Below, one piece after another: positions 1-11,056 of a DNA stretch of 64,000 bases. Each line of letters opens with the position of its first letter. The stretch's first letter is position 1. Both the position numbers and the translations under genes were made by a program. Source of the DNA: Stegostoma tigrinum (taxonomy: Eukaryota). Below the pieces are notes generated by a model, which did no database searches, was not told the origin of the DNA, and worked only from the letters and a program-made list of their open reading frames with translations. The DNA lies in assembly GCF_030684315.1 (NCBI RefSeq), contig NC_081362.1, positions 10,844,589-10,908,588 of the forward strand, read 5' to 3'.

Positions 1-494
1 AATTTTTGAAAACTAGCACTGCATGGCTGAAATGAAACTTGCCTTTATTCTCCAACAAATGTTCCTTATCTGGATGTACAAAGGCAGATAAAATATAAGT
101 CAAAGTAACTTGAAAAAAATTAGATTAATTTTTTTTCCCCAAATTATCAGGAACTTATCCATGATCACCTTTTAAGGTAAAATACAACATGTGCCTCAGG
201 CCCATTACGATAAACGATAAATTAGAAAAAGATGGTATACACAGAATGGAACAAACTTTCTTTGACGGCCTTAAAGCACTGCCAGCCTCAGGAGATCAAA
301 AGTATTAATGACTTGTTAGAATAATCACAACAAAAGAACTGGCTCAAAGAAGCAGACATACCAACAGCATCAAACAACACCAGAGGAGGAGATTACTTGT
401 CCTGGAGCTACATTTTATACAGCATGCTGTAATTAGGCAAGGAAGTTGCTGTTCCAATCAAAAAGCCACCAATTGCCTACAGACTAAGCGATAA

Positions 495-1560
495 TTTATG
501 GTCTCATCTTCTCTCCTTCAGCAGTCCTTCAACTTGAAGGATGACTTGCTTCCGCTCTTGTTTGATAGGTTCAGAGTTGGCTAATAAAGCCAATGTGTTA
601 TCTGCCAAAAGCAGGACAGGTGGCGCTTGGAGCATGGGGAAGATGGGCTGTACAGAGGTTTATGTACTTTCTCCAATGCCTTGACACCATAACTTCCCAA
701 AATCCCTCAAGGTTTATATGCCTTCCTGAACACACCTCAATGGACTCTAGATAATCAGTGGAGATGTTTGATTTTCACTGATACTTTAAGGACACGTACA
801 AAGTATTTTTCCTGCCTTCCAGTGTGTTTCTGGCTATGACCAAAGGCTGAGTGGAACAACTGCTTCAGGGACCTCCAAGCAGGGTATATTGGTTTGGGAG
901 AGATCTCTGCTGTTGGACCACCTTTCTTGCCACTGTATTTAGAAGGTGTGGCCAACACAATGCCAGTTATACTTCTCCAGTGCTTTGAAGTTTTTGATGC
1001 AGGTTGTCTCAGTCTCCAAAGCAGACAGCAGCATGCAGAGTACAATTCATGGTAAACTTAGCTTTGTGTTTGAGATCCAGGAACTCAAACACTTCTTCAG
1101 TCAGTACAACCACTAGCTTGCACATTGGAGGCAATGACAAATTGTACAGTCCATGCCTGATTTCATTGAGACGTGACTCTCAAAAATATGGAAAATGGTC
1201 TCTATTTTCCAGGGTCTCATCACTGATCTTAAATGTGGGAGAATGAAGGGTGAGGTGACAGTTGGTTGGAAGAGGACCTTAATTTTCCAGGTGTTTAGTG
1301 AAAAGCCTATATGCTTGTTGTTGGCAGAAACGAGTCAACGTTGACCTGGAGTTCAGGTTCCAAGCAAATCCCACCCACATTCCCACATGTATACATCATC
1401 TGCTGATCGGAGTTCAATGATTTGAAGAGCTTTGTTCAGGTTTGAAGGTGGTTTACCAGAGGAAAAATCATTGCAAGGATCTTCATAATCTCCTCTGTCA
1501 GGTAGCTGAAGAATCATACTTTTGTCCAGAGAGGCACAAGGCATGACTTTCAGTACAGAA
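495..1560 (-). mobile_element. Degenerate RTE-clade LINE fragment (RT C-terminal half and 3' end)
   Basis: Minus-strand translations give decayed RTE motifs: GKPPSNL..IIELRSADD (YADD region), FPYFGSH, KALEKYNWHC, LKQLFHSAFGHSQKHTGRQEKYFVRVLK. Many stops and frameshifts; boundaries approximate. Confidence 0.7.
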
Positions 1561-1661
1561 TGCAAAGAACAGCATCAAGTAGTCTATATTACTTTACAGT
1601 CCAAAAAACACACTGTTACTCAATGAAACTGCAGAACTGCACTAAAAGTAATTTTTGAAAA

Positions 1662-1785
1662 ATAAAATAGCAAGAACTACTGATGCTGGAGTCATGGATA
1701 ACACAGTGTGGAGCTGATGGAACACAGCAAGCCAGGCAGCATCAAAGGAGAGGAAAGCTGATGTTTCGGGTTGGGACCTTCTTCA
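1662..1785 (-). mobile_element. PLE family-A-like terminal (pLTR) fragment with decayed hammerhead core
   Basis: gatgctggag..gataacacagtgtggagctg..gaacacagc..gctgatgtttcgggttgggaccttcttca resembles the terminus of the long PLE copies in this window. Confidence 0.7.
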
Positions 1786-2050
1786 AAAAAAAATGAAACG
1801 TTGATATTTGCCATTTTACAATGACGATTTTCAGTTGTTCCAGATCTATTTTTGGCCTGTTTTATTAGTACTCGTCTTGCTTTGCTAAAATATTTCTCTT
1901 GTCATCTAATTATCCCTGTCGTCAACCCATCAATGATTTCCCACTTTCTTCATTGTAAAGTTTTGACCTTACTCAAAAAGATGTTGCATCTCCAATTTCT
2001 TCCAAGTCGTAAGGTTGAATGTATTCGGATCAACCCAACTTCAGATAAGG

Positions 2051-2148
2051 CTCTGATGAAGGGTCTAGGCCCACAATGTCAGCTTTTGTGCTCGTGAGAT
2101 GCTGCCTGGCCTGCTGTGTTCATCCAGCTTCACACTTTGTTATCTTAT
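2051..2148 (+). mobile_element. 98-bp PLE family-A mini-insertion (hammerhead core plus 3' end)
   Basis: Begins ctCTGATGAagggtctaggccc (GAAA mutated in this copy). 11-bp TSD ttcagataagg at 2040-2050 and 2149-2159. Confidence 0.85.
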
Positions 2149-2500
2149 TTCAGATAAGGAATTAGGAAGTTTTCAGTGGGGACATGGGATAAGGTGGTAG
2201 TTTTGGTCTTTCCAGTTTTGAAAGCTGAAGAAAATCAGAACTATGCCTAATAATTAGCCAGGTAATGCAGAAGAGGGATCAGGAAATGAAAATAAATGGA
2301 ACATAAAGAAGTATGCTCCATAGTTTTGGAAGCTATCACCAAAAAAGGTTGTTTGTAGATAATGGAAATACATTGGAAAAAGCAACAAAGGCCACTGTGG
2401 AAATGCCCTCATCAACGTTGCACAGATGATTGAGAGATTGATCGTGTCAAAGTTGCAACAAAAAAGTAGAAATAAAGTATCACTGATAAAGTGGAGACAT

Positions 2501-2588
2501 AAAAAACAAAAATAGAAATTGCTGGCAAAACTCAGCAAGTCTGCCAGCATATGTGGAGAGAAATTAGTCCAGTGACTATTCACTAGAA
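2501..2588 (-). mobile_element. PLE family-B terminal fragment (single arm, degenerate)
   Basis: aacaaaaatagaaattgctggcaaaactcagcaagtctgccagcatatgtggagag matches the arms of the 16.6, 23.3, 24.3 and 40.5 kb palindromes. Confidence 0.6.
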
Positions 2589-2752
2589 GTGCCCTGTGGT
2601 GTCTAGGTATGTGAAGGCTAGATGGATTAGCCATGGAAAATACAGGGTTACAGGGATGGGGTAGGGGCATGGATCTGGGTGGGTGGCTCTTGGAAGGATT
2701 AGTTGAACTCAATGGGCCAAATGGCCTACTTTCGCACCGCAGGGATTCTATA
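2589..2752 (+). mobile_element. 3' half of V-SINE/HE1-like SINE
   Basis: gtgccctgtggtgtctagg..gggtagggg..ggatctgggtggg..tgggccaaatggcct..agggattctat resembles the 3' parts of the SINEs at 14090-14170 and 24895-25210. Confidence 0.6.
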
Positions 2753-3078
2753 AAGACATGATATTAGTTAATGTCATTAAAACCAGAAACCTGTTGAAAG
2801 AAATTCAACCAGGATGATGTGAGAGAGATAAGTGAGTACTCATTTAGGGATGATGGAAATGAAAGCAAACACAGACAGCGTGGTAGTCTTGAAGGTTGGA
2901 GGTGACTAGACTAGCCCTGAAAAAGGAGAGAAAATAATGCTTTCCATATACTGCGGAAGCAGCTCTTGAGGGGAGGCTACAACGGATCAGCACCCAGAGC
3001 AAGTTGAAGCAAAGCATCAGTATTGAACCATTTGAGGAGTTGGTACACTGACTCCCAAAGTAACATTCAGTGGACTTA

Positions 3079-4841
3079 GAGACAGTAGGAAATGCAGATG
3101 CTAGGGAATCTGAGATAGTAAGGTGTACAGCTGGATGAACAACAGGCCAAGCAGCAGAGGAGCAGGAAAGCTGACGTTTTGGGCCTTGACCCTTCTTCAG
3201 AAATGGGGGAGGGGAAGGGGGTTCTGAAATAAATAGGGAGAAAGGGGGAGACAGATAGAAGATGGATAGAGGAAAAGATATGCGGAGAGGAGACAGACAG
3301 GTCAAATAGGCCGGAATAGAGCCACGAAAGGTGAGGACTTCAGGACGTGATAGATCAGTCCAGGGAGGATGGACAGGTCGAGGGGGCAGGATGAGGTTAG
3401 TAGGTAGGAGATGAGGGGTGGAGCTTGAGGTGGGAGGAGGCGATAGGTGGGAGGAAGGACAGATTAGGGAGGCAGGGACGAGCTGGGTGGTTTTAGGATG
3501 CAATAGGGGGAGGGGAAATTTTGAAGCTTAAGAAGTCCACGTTGATACCGTTGGGCTGCAGGGTTCCAAAGCGAAATATGAGTTGCTGTTCCTGCAATCT
3601 TCGGGCAGCATCGTTGTGGCACTGCAGGAGCCCAGGATGGACATGTCATCTGAGGAATGGGAGGGGGAGTTGAAATGGTTTGCGACTAGGAGGTGCAGTT
3701 GTTTAGTGCGAACCGAGCGTAGGTGTTCAGCAAAGCAGTCCCAATGTAGAGGAAGACACAATGGGAACAATGAATGCAGTATACCACATTAGCAGATGTG
3801 CAGGTGAACATCTGCTTGATGTGGAAAGTCTTCTTGGGGCCTGGGTAGGGGTGAGGGAGGGAGATGTGGCACTTCCAGCAGTTGCAGGGAAAAGTGCCAG
3901 GTGTGGTGGAGCTGGAGGGGAGTGTGGAGCAGGCAAGGGAGTCACGGAGAAAATGGTCCCTCTGGAAGACAGATAAGGGTGGGGATGGAAAAATGTCTTT
4001 AGTGGTGGGGTCAGATTGCAGATAGCAGAAGTGTCAGAAGATGATGTGTTGGATCCAGAGGTTGTGGGATGGTACGTGAGGATGAGGGGGATTCTGTTTT
4101 GGTTGTTATTGCAGGGATGGAGCGTGAGGGATGAGTTGCAGGAAATGCAGGTGACACAGTCAAGGGCATTCTTGACCAACGGGGTGGTGGGGGGCGAATT
4201 GCAGACCTTGAAAAACAAGGACATGTGAGATGTACAGGAGTGGAATGCCTCATCCTGGGAGAAGATGTGGCAGAGGCGAAGGAATTGGGAATAGGGGATG
4301 GCATTTTTGCAGGAAGGTGGATGGGAGGTGTATTCTAGATACCTGTGGGAGTCAGTGGGCTTGAAATGGATATCAGTTTCCAGGTGGTTCCCAGAGATGG
4401 AAACAGAGGTCCAGGAAGGAGAGAGAGGTATTAAAGATCGTCCAGACGAACTTAAGGTTGGGGTGGAAGGTGTTGGTGAAGGACTTCACAAATTTCAAAA
4501 TCTCCCCTCCCCCACCGCATCCCAATAACAGCCCAGCTCGTTCCTTCCTCCCACCTATCTCCATCTCCTCCTCCCCCCACCCCTTGACCTATCCATCCTT
4601 CCTGGACTTACCTATCACCCCCCTAACTCCCCACTTTTACTGGCTCCATCCCCGCCTCTTTGGTCTGTCTGTCTCCCGTCCACCCATCTTCTCTCCGCCT
4701 CGCCCTCTGTTCCTATTTTTTTCAGAGCCCCCTTCCCCTCCCCCACCCCCATTTTCTGAAGCAGGGTCTAGGCCCGAAACGTCAGCCTTCCTGCTCCTCT
4801 GATGCTGCTTGGCCTGCTGTGTTCATCCAGCTTCTACACCA
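3079..4841 (-). mobile_element. Penelope-like element (family A), 5'-truncated, with inverted 3' arm (4481-4841)
   Basis: Homologous to the RT C-terminus/GIY-YIG region of the 42.5-44.6 kb copy (CFAEHLRSVRTKQLHLLVANHFNS), with frameshifts. 14-bp TSD attcagtggactta (3065-3078) / attcactggactta (4842-4855). Confidence 0.9.
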
Positions 4842-4856
4842 ATTCACTGGACTTAC

Positions 4857-4980
4857 TTCCTCCGCCTCTTCTGGACTTGTCCCAGTTTCCTCTCCCTCTC
4901 CAGGGTCTGCCCCTCCATCCGCCTGCCGGACTCCCTCTGGCACCTCTCCAGCTTCTGCCGCCTCTCCAGTCGGAGCACAT
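4857..4980 (-). CDS. MCM8: Probable MCM8 first coding exon (MCSDWRGGRSWRGARG...RRGGG); rest of the gene lies left of the window
   Basis: RG/W-rich N-terminus like vertebrate MCM8. GTAAGT donor at 4856-4851 (phase 1) and a polypyrimidine-TAG acceptor 14 nt upstream of the ATG (exon start 4994, implying a non-coding exon 1). Head-to-head with TRMT6 as in human. No MCM domain is visible, so the call rests on synteny and composition. Confidence 0.65.
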
Positions 4981-5322
4981 TGTGGATGATGGCCCTAAAG
5001 CAGTGGGAAGGCGGGGGGGAAATGGAAGGCTGGCCGGCCCCACTCACACAGGTCACGGTTACGGCTCTCCAAATTTCGCCACAAGCGGCCTGTGTTATCT
5101 CCGATAATCACCCTCCCCACTCCTCCCGCCCATTCACAGACGCTGCTTTTCATGCAGTAACCGGGCGATCAGGACAGAACCACCAAATCAGTTCAAACGG
5201 TCACCAAACAGTTCCCAATTCCCGCGTTTCGGTGGGTGGGGAAACGAACAATAATGCGCGTGCGCACTGGGAAGGGGGCGGGGAGAAAGTCGTGACGCAA
5301 ACGCGTACGGAGCGGGACCTAA

Positions 5323-5603
5323 CAGATAAGGGGAAGTGCAGATGCTGGAGAATCCGAGATAACAAAGTGTGAAAGAGATACTGATGAAGGGTCTAGGCCC
5401 GAAACGTCAGCTTTTGTGCTCCTGAGATGCTGCTTGGCCTGCTGTGTTCATCCAGCCTCACATTTTATTAACAAAGTGTGAAGCTGGATGGACACAGGAG
5501 GCCAAGCATCATCTTGGGAGCACAAAAGCTGACGTTTCAGCTTTTGTGCTCCTAAGATGATGCTTGGCCTGCTGTATTCATCCAGCTTCACACTTTGTTA
5601 TCT
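5323..5603. mobile_element. PLE family-A fold-back palindrome containing a nested 95-bp family-A insertion (5374-5468)
   Basis: Outer TSD cggagcg(g/a)gacctaa at 5308-5322 / 5604-5618; palindrome centre aaaagctga-cgtt-tcagctttt near 5535; inner TSD taacaaagtgtgaa at 5360-5373 / 5469-5482. Confidence 0.9.
5381..5408 (+). ncRNA. Minimal type-I hammerhead ribozyme motif (PLE-associated)
   Basis: CUGAUGA-a-GGGU(CUAG)GCCC-GAAA-CGUC. Core intact with palindromic ACGU helix III; helix I is poorly supported and activity is untested. Confidence 0.6.
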
Positions 5604-6215
5604 CGGAGCGAGACCTAAAATACGTTAACGTTGGCAGCAGGGACGTTGACGTAATGTCGTAAGGTGGGGGTGGTCCTAGGGGCGTGTCACGTAAAGAGGC
5701 GCGGCGTGAGGCACGCATTGGCCGTCGCTGGAAAGTGGGAGATGATTGCAATGAAAGGGAAGAGCGATTGAACCAACAGTTACGCGCGCACGCGGCTATT
5801 TGGGACGTGTTCTGTGACGCGAACGCGTGCGCGGTGGAGTTGAGCGGGCACGAGGTGACGCATTTGCGTCCTCCGGGGATCGGAGAACTGGGCTCAGCGC
5901 GAGCGCGCAGAATGCAGAGGCGCATGCGTGTGTTCAGGTGACGGAGGTGGCCTGGGTTTGCAGTGGTGCGCATGTTGCCTTTCCCCGTCCTCATTTCCGG
6001 TGTCTCGTGCGCACGCTTTCAGCGGTCAGCCCGAGCGCCGTTAACGTTCGCGTGGCGGCATCGACATCTTGTGGTCGTTGCTATCGCTTCAACACCAGCC
6101 GCCCGGCTGTGCTTCTTTCGGTCTGCGGAGGGGTGGGGGAAATGGATTGAAGGACACCTGTCATAAGTGTAGGGGAGAGAAGGAAAGTGCGGTGGTGGTG
6201 ATCGTGATCGTGGTC

Positions 6216-6343
6216 ATGTTAATGTCCGATCCCGTGGAAGTGCCGGCTCCCGGCGGCGGCCAGGCCCAGCCTGTCAGCGAGGGAGATCATGTGGTGCTGA
6301 AAAGAGAAGAGGTGTTTAAAGCCGTGCAAGTGCACAGAGGAAG
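6216..6343 (+). CDS. TRMT6: TRMT6 exon 1 (tRNA m1A58 methyltransferase non-catalytic subunit)
   Basis: MLMSDPVEVPAPGGGQAQPVSEGDHVVLKREEVFKAVQVHRG resembles human GDFVVLKREDVFKAVQV. Donor gtaagg at 6344; alternative in-frame ATG at 6222. Confidence 0.93.
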
Positions 6344-7072
6344 GTAAGGTCACCGCAGTATTGATCCCGGGGCGGGGGCAGAGGATCGCGCCGCCTTCTG
6401 TTTAGAGAGCTGCACGTTGCCCATACTTTCAGCCAAAGTTTCAGCTCGAGATACATTAAATCTTAGAGCGTGGTGACTTCTAAACCCATACAAACGCACA
6501 GAGAAAGTGTAGTAACAGCAGTAACATTTAAGCGTTTAATCATTAGTATCAGATCTCCGCTCCACCTTCTAATTATCCAAGGAAAATAGCCCCAATTTCT
6601 GCAATGTGTCTTGGTCACTGAAGTTATTAATCCCTGTGCAGTCTCTACAATGCTTTCATATCCTTGAATGCTCTTAAGAATGTAGAGCCATCAAAGGTTC
6701 ACGGATGTAATATGCCTGAAGAATTTCTGGCTTGGTTATACTGAACTGACGCCTGGAAAACTAATATTGGTACTATGTAAATGCAACTTTTATTGTCCTC
6801 TAGGTCACGTTTGTGCTAAATTTGCTTCTCTGTTATCATCGCTGCAGTTTTTGCATTAATGTAAAAGTTAGTTTTGCATTTAACACGTGGTTTGTTTGAA
6901 ATGCCCCATGGTTGTTTGTATCTGTACTATTGATGTTGAATTTGTCCAGTAGCTGTTATCGTACTTGTAAGAATGATGGGTATTAAAGATCACAAGGTTC
7001 AATTCAGAGAAATGTGTTCTGATCTGTGTTTATTGGTGGTCACCATCAGCAAAAAAAAACGAAGTTATTTTA

Positions 7073-7293
7073 ACAAAGTGTGGGGCTGGATGAACACAGC
7101 AGGCCCAGCAGCATCTTAGGAGCACAAAAGCTGACGTTTCGGGCCTAGATCTTTCTTCAGAAAAGGGGAGGGGGGAGAGAGTTCTGAAATAAATATGGAG
7201 GGGGGAGAGAGAGATTGAAGATGGATAGAGGAGAAGATGGGTGGAGAGGAGGCAGACAAGTTAAAGCATCTGCAGTTCCCATTATCTCTATTT
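7073..7293 (-). mobile_element. PLE family-A terminal insertion with short inverted tail
   Basis: Tail-less arm followed by inverted agcatctgcagttcccattatctc. TSD agttatttta at 7063-7072 / 7294-7303. Confidence 0.85.
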
Positions 7294-7369
7294 AGTTATT
7301 TTATGTTACATATGGGGTTTCTCTCCATAAATTGACTGTAAGCATTCCAGACATTACTGCATTTGAAAA

Positions 7370-8200
7370 ATGGTTAAGGGAATGTCCTAAAGTTGAAGGC
7401 ATTGTATAAATGCAAGTTTATTTTTAAATATCCGAGAAAGAAAGGAGAAAGCTGTCACAGCAAGCTGGCAGCTGCAAGCCATTAGCCTAACATGTGTTGC
7501 AGGGGAAAATAATGGAATCCATTCATAAGGGGATAAAACAGGGGACTCAAACGTCTTGATGCACTGAGGCAATTGAGTTGGTTTTTGTGGAAGAGATCAT
7601 GTTTAACTAATTGATTTTTAAGAGTAGCAAGTCATGTAGATAAAAGGAAGCTGAGGACTCACTCCCCACCACGTACAGGACCAACGTCGTCTACAAGATT
7701 CTCTGCAGAGACTGCAAAAAACACTACATCGGACAAACAGGAAGGAAACTAACAACAAGAGTACGTGAACACCAACTGGCTACTGAAAGACACAACCAAT
7801 ACACACTCATCTCAATCCACATGAACAAGGAGAATCACCACTTCAACTGGGGCAACAGCAAGATCCTGAGACAGGCACAAGAATTCTTAGAAGCATGGCA
7901 CTCCATGAAGCATGCTATTAATAAACACATTGAACTCGACCCCATGCATTTTCCACTATGGAGGAAAACTGGAAGTGAGGCAATCCATCTCAACAGACCC
8001 CAGAGTTATAAACCAGGCAGGAAAACACTGACGCTTCATTGGAAGCTGCACGGAGGATGTTCCCAAGCATGGTAACGAAACATCTGAAACATGAAACCAG
8101 CTTGGCAAGTCAACCCACCTCAAGCTGGTAGTTGTACAGTACTTGTCTATCCAGAAGTTGTTTATTAAAGTGCCACATCAAAATTTTCTGCAAGAAGCAG
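7370..8200 (+). mobile_element. Old CR1 LINE ORF2 fragment interrupted by a PLE fragment
   Basis: Decayed PISLTSV.GK, RSCLTN and FQK.F.KVPH-type motifs on either side of 7654-8121. Confidence 0.55.
7654..8121 (+). mobile_element. Third PLE family (Poseidon/Penelope-like): GIY-YIG 3' fragment with decayed hammerhead
   Basis: TNVVYKILCRDCKKHYIGQTGRKLTTRVREHQLA..HHFNWGNSKIL..EFLEAWH. 3' cggaggatgttcccaagcatggtaacgaaacatc is a mutated CUGANGA..GAAAC. Flanked by aagctg on both sides. Confidence 0.8.
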
Positions 8201-8219
8201 AGGTGTAAGCTTTACATTC

Positions 8220-9300
8220 CTGCCACATCTTGTTGTGAATGGTAGTGGATAATTTAAAATTGGCTTAAGCCAAGCTGTACGAGTACAATTGCAACATTTT
8301 CATCTACCCAGAAATGTGGAAACTTGCTTGGGATATCTTTTCCACAAAAAGTGAAATTAATTCAAGCTGGCTAATTACTGCCGTATTGGTCAATTCTCAA
8401 TCTTTTTCAGTGTAATGGAAGAAGATATCAACAATGCTATCAAGTGCCACTTACTCACCAATAACTTGCATATTAACGCTTGGTTTGGGTTCTAACAGGG
8501 CCACTTGATTCCTGATTTCATTACAGCCTTTGTTTAAACCTAGGCTAAACAGCTGAACTCCAGCGGGGAGGTGCAAGTGACAGCCCTTGACATCAAAGCA
8601 TCTTTTGACTGAATATGGCATCAAGAAACCCTGACAAAACTAAGGTCAATGGGTATCGGGGAAAACTCTCTCCACTTGTTAAAGTTATAGCAAGCACGAA
8701 GGAAGATATAGGTCAGTCATCTCAGTCCAATGACATCGTTGCAAAAGCCCCTAATGTTTGTGCCTTTGGCCCAATCATCATCAGCTGCTTCATTAATGGA
8801 CTTCATTATAATGCTGGAAATGGGAATGTTCGCTGATGATTGATTCTGAGCATTGTGCATTCACTGCTGCTCTGAACTGAAGCAGTCTGTCAATATGCAG
8901 AAAGTCCTGGACATCATCCAGGTTAGTTGCACCACACAATTGCTGGGCAATGCCTCCAGTAATCAAGAATTAAACTGTTGCCCTGGATGTCAATGGTGTT
9001 ACAATGCTAAATCGCCAACTGTCAACATACAAGCTAACATCACTTTCCAGTGATTAAAACGGACCAACCCCACACATGCTGTGGCAACAAGCGCAGATCA
9101 AAGGCTAGTAATTCTGCAATATGAAAATCACTTGCTGTCTCCCAATGCTTGTCCACCATGTACAAGGTACAAATCAGGAGGGTGATGGAATACTTTTGAT
9201 TTACCTGGATGGGTATAGCTCTGATATTTAGAAGCCTGACACTACCCAGAACAAAACACCCTGTTTGATACCCCATCCACCACTTTCAACATCCTCAAAT
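8220..9300 (+). mobile_element. Degenerate CR1/L2-type LINE RT region
   Basis: cttgacatcaaagcatcttttgac (LDIKA.FD) and atgttcgctgatgat (MFADD). Same family as 39340-40280. Confidence 0.65.
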
Positions 9301-9339
9301 GAGGAGAGGTTGCAGAACAGTGCAGAAGGATCTGATGTC

Positions 9340-9560
9340 TTTGTAAGTTATTCGAGGAGCATTATTGGCTGGACTGTTGGATTGCAAAGCAGGGTGATCC
9401 CCAGGCTCAATCCCCACATGGCCGAGGTTACCATTAATGATTCTCCTTCTCAAATTCTACCCCTTGCTTGAGGTACACTGGCTGTCAGGTTAAATCACCA
9501 GTGTTGTCTGTCTAATGAGAGAGTAGCGCTCTGGTCTGGTAAGACTATGGCGCCTTGACT
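9340..9560 (+). mobile_element. Probable tRNA-derived SINE (degenerate)
   Basis: B-box-like aggctcaatcccc near the 5' end and a SINE-like length; family not identified. Confidence 0.35.
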
Positions 9561-9944
9561 GTATTAAACAAATACAGCTAGGGATGTGGGAAGGCAAGCG
9601 GAATGTTTTTAGGATTTACAGTATTATTCATATTTAACATTTATTCACATTTAAATAATTTCACATTTATTCACAGGATCTCTGGCTTTGCAATTTCATG
9701 TGTACTATGGATGTTTGGTTAGTCAACTGCCAACATTGACCATACGATAATTCTGAGTACTCGAATACAATGTACAATACATGAAGAAATTGTATGGCAA
9801 AGTTTATTGTTATTTGTTCACAACCATGTGATCGCAAGGCTTTATTTGATTAGTATAACCCCTGGATTTCGATCTACATTTCTTAAAAAGAAGGCTGCTG
9901 ATTCCTAACATGAAACAGAAGTTTGATATCCTGGATTACTAATC

Positions 9945-10190
9945 TCATCGCACCCCCTTGACCTGTCTGTCTTCGCCAAACTGACCTCCCTACCTCCCCA
10001 CCCATACTCTCCTCTGCACCTATCTTCTCCTCCTATCTATCTTCAGTCCGCCTCCCCCTCTCTCCCTATTTATTTCAGAATCCTCTCCCTGTCCCCCTTT
10101 TCTGATGAAGGGTCTAGGCCCGAAATGTCAGCTTTTGTGCTCCTAAGGTGCTGCTTGGCTTGCTGTGTTCATCCAGCCCCACACTTTGTT
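9945..10190 (+). mobile_element. PLE family-A 3' terminal fragment
   Basis: C-rich pLTR with ctgatgaagggtctaggcccgaaatgtc at 10102, ending cactttgttatc; tatcctgga repeated at both flanks. Confidence 0.85.
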
Positions 10191-10836
10191 ATCCTGGAGC
10201 ATGCTGAAATTGTCTATGGAGTGCAACCATTGTAGATTGAATAGTTAATATTGGACTAAGGTTACAGAATTCTATAAGACTGAACAAAATAAGAACATTT
10301 CATTGTGTTTTAGCTGAGGCTATTTAATTTTATCAGGAATGTATTTGCTGAGTGCAAGTCATACCATGATCTGTGGAAAGTATTATACACAGCTTTTGGA
10401 CACAAAACAGCACTTATGAGGTTATTGTAATAACCTCATCTTTTTTTGAGAGAGAGGGTATTGTGATTGGATGCTATTGTGCATCTCCACAGCTTCTGAA
10501 TATTGTTGGAGAAATGTAGTGGAATTCACAGTCCATCCTTGATGCAAGTGGTATGCGTGTGGCAGAAGACTGGGTTAAGTGACAGGTAACTTTGTTCCAG
10601 GCAGGGATGAGCGAAGTAATTGGATGGTTTGTTAAAACATGACATCAACTGCTACTAAACTAATGTGCCATTGAATTATTTTTATACCATTCTTAGGGTT
10701 TGTCTTTGAAAATTAAGGGGGGTTTACACTTCTCATTCAAGAATTTTTCAGATAACATTTATGTACAGTCATTAACTTTCATTAGCTACGATCATTATAA
10801 GAAGAAAAATCAGAAACTGAAGAAATGTTCAACTAA

Positions 10837-11056
10837 GATAATAAAATGTGAGGCTGGATGAACACAGCAGGCCCAGCAGCATCTCAGGAGCACAAAAGCT
10901 GACATTTCGGGCCTAGACCCTTCTTCAGAGAGGGGGATGGGGTGAGGGTTCTGGAATAAATAGGGAGAGAGGGGGAGGCGGACGAAGATGGAGAGAAAAG
11001 AAGATAGGTAGGGAGGGGGATTCTCCAGCATCTGCAGTTCCCATTATCACTGATAC
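10837..11056 (-). mobile_element. PLE family-A terminal insertion with inverted tail
   Basis: Perfect 14-bp TSD aaatgttcaactaa at 10823-10836 / 11057-11070. Confidence 0.9.

Larger units (their letters stand above)
5000..6400. promoter_or_regulatory. CpG-island bidirectional promoter shared by MCM8 (-) and TRMT6 (+)
   Basis: Strong local CpG enrichment between divergent starts. NRF1-like tgcgcgtgcgca 5255-5266 and gcgcatgcgt 5920-5929; CRE/ATF-like tgacgtaa 5647-5654 and several gtgacg half sites; ETS tttccgg 5994-6000; E2F-like ttcccgcg 5219-5226. Confidence 0.8.

Noticed and set aside
2836-2916. Strong minus-strand acceptor (attttctctcctttttcag) as a possible next MCM8 exon
   Set aside because: In the required phase it reads R-L-V-stop, has no good donor and shows no similarity to the expected IPYKGWKLYF segment.
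4995-5047. GTGAGT donor at 5047-5042 as the end of MCM8 non-coding exon 1
   Set aside because: The implied 53-nt intron is too short for a vertebrate; exon 1 cannot be placed without transcripts.
5578-6166. Several 67-138 aa ORFs in the CpG island
   Set aside because: Expected from stop-poor GC-rich sequence; no recognisable protein features.
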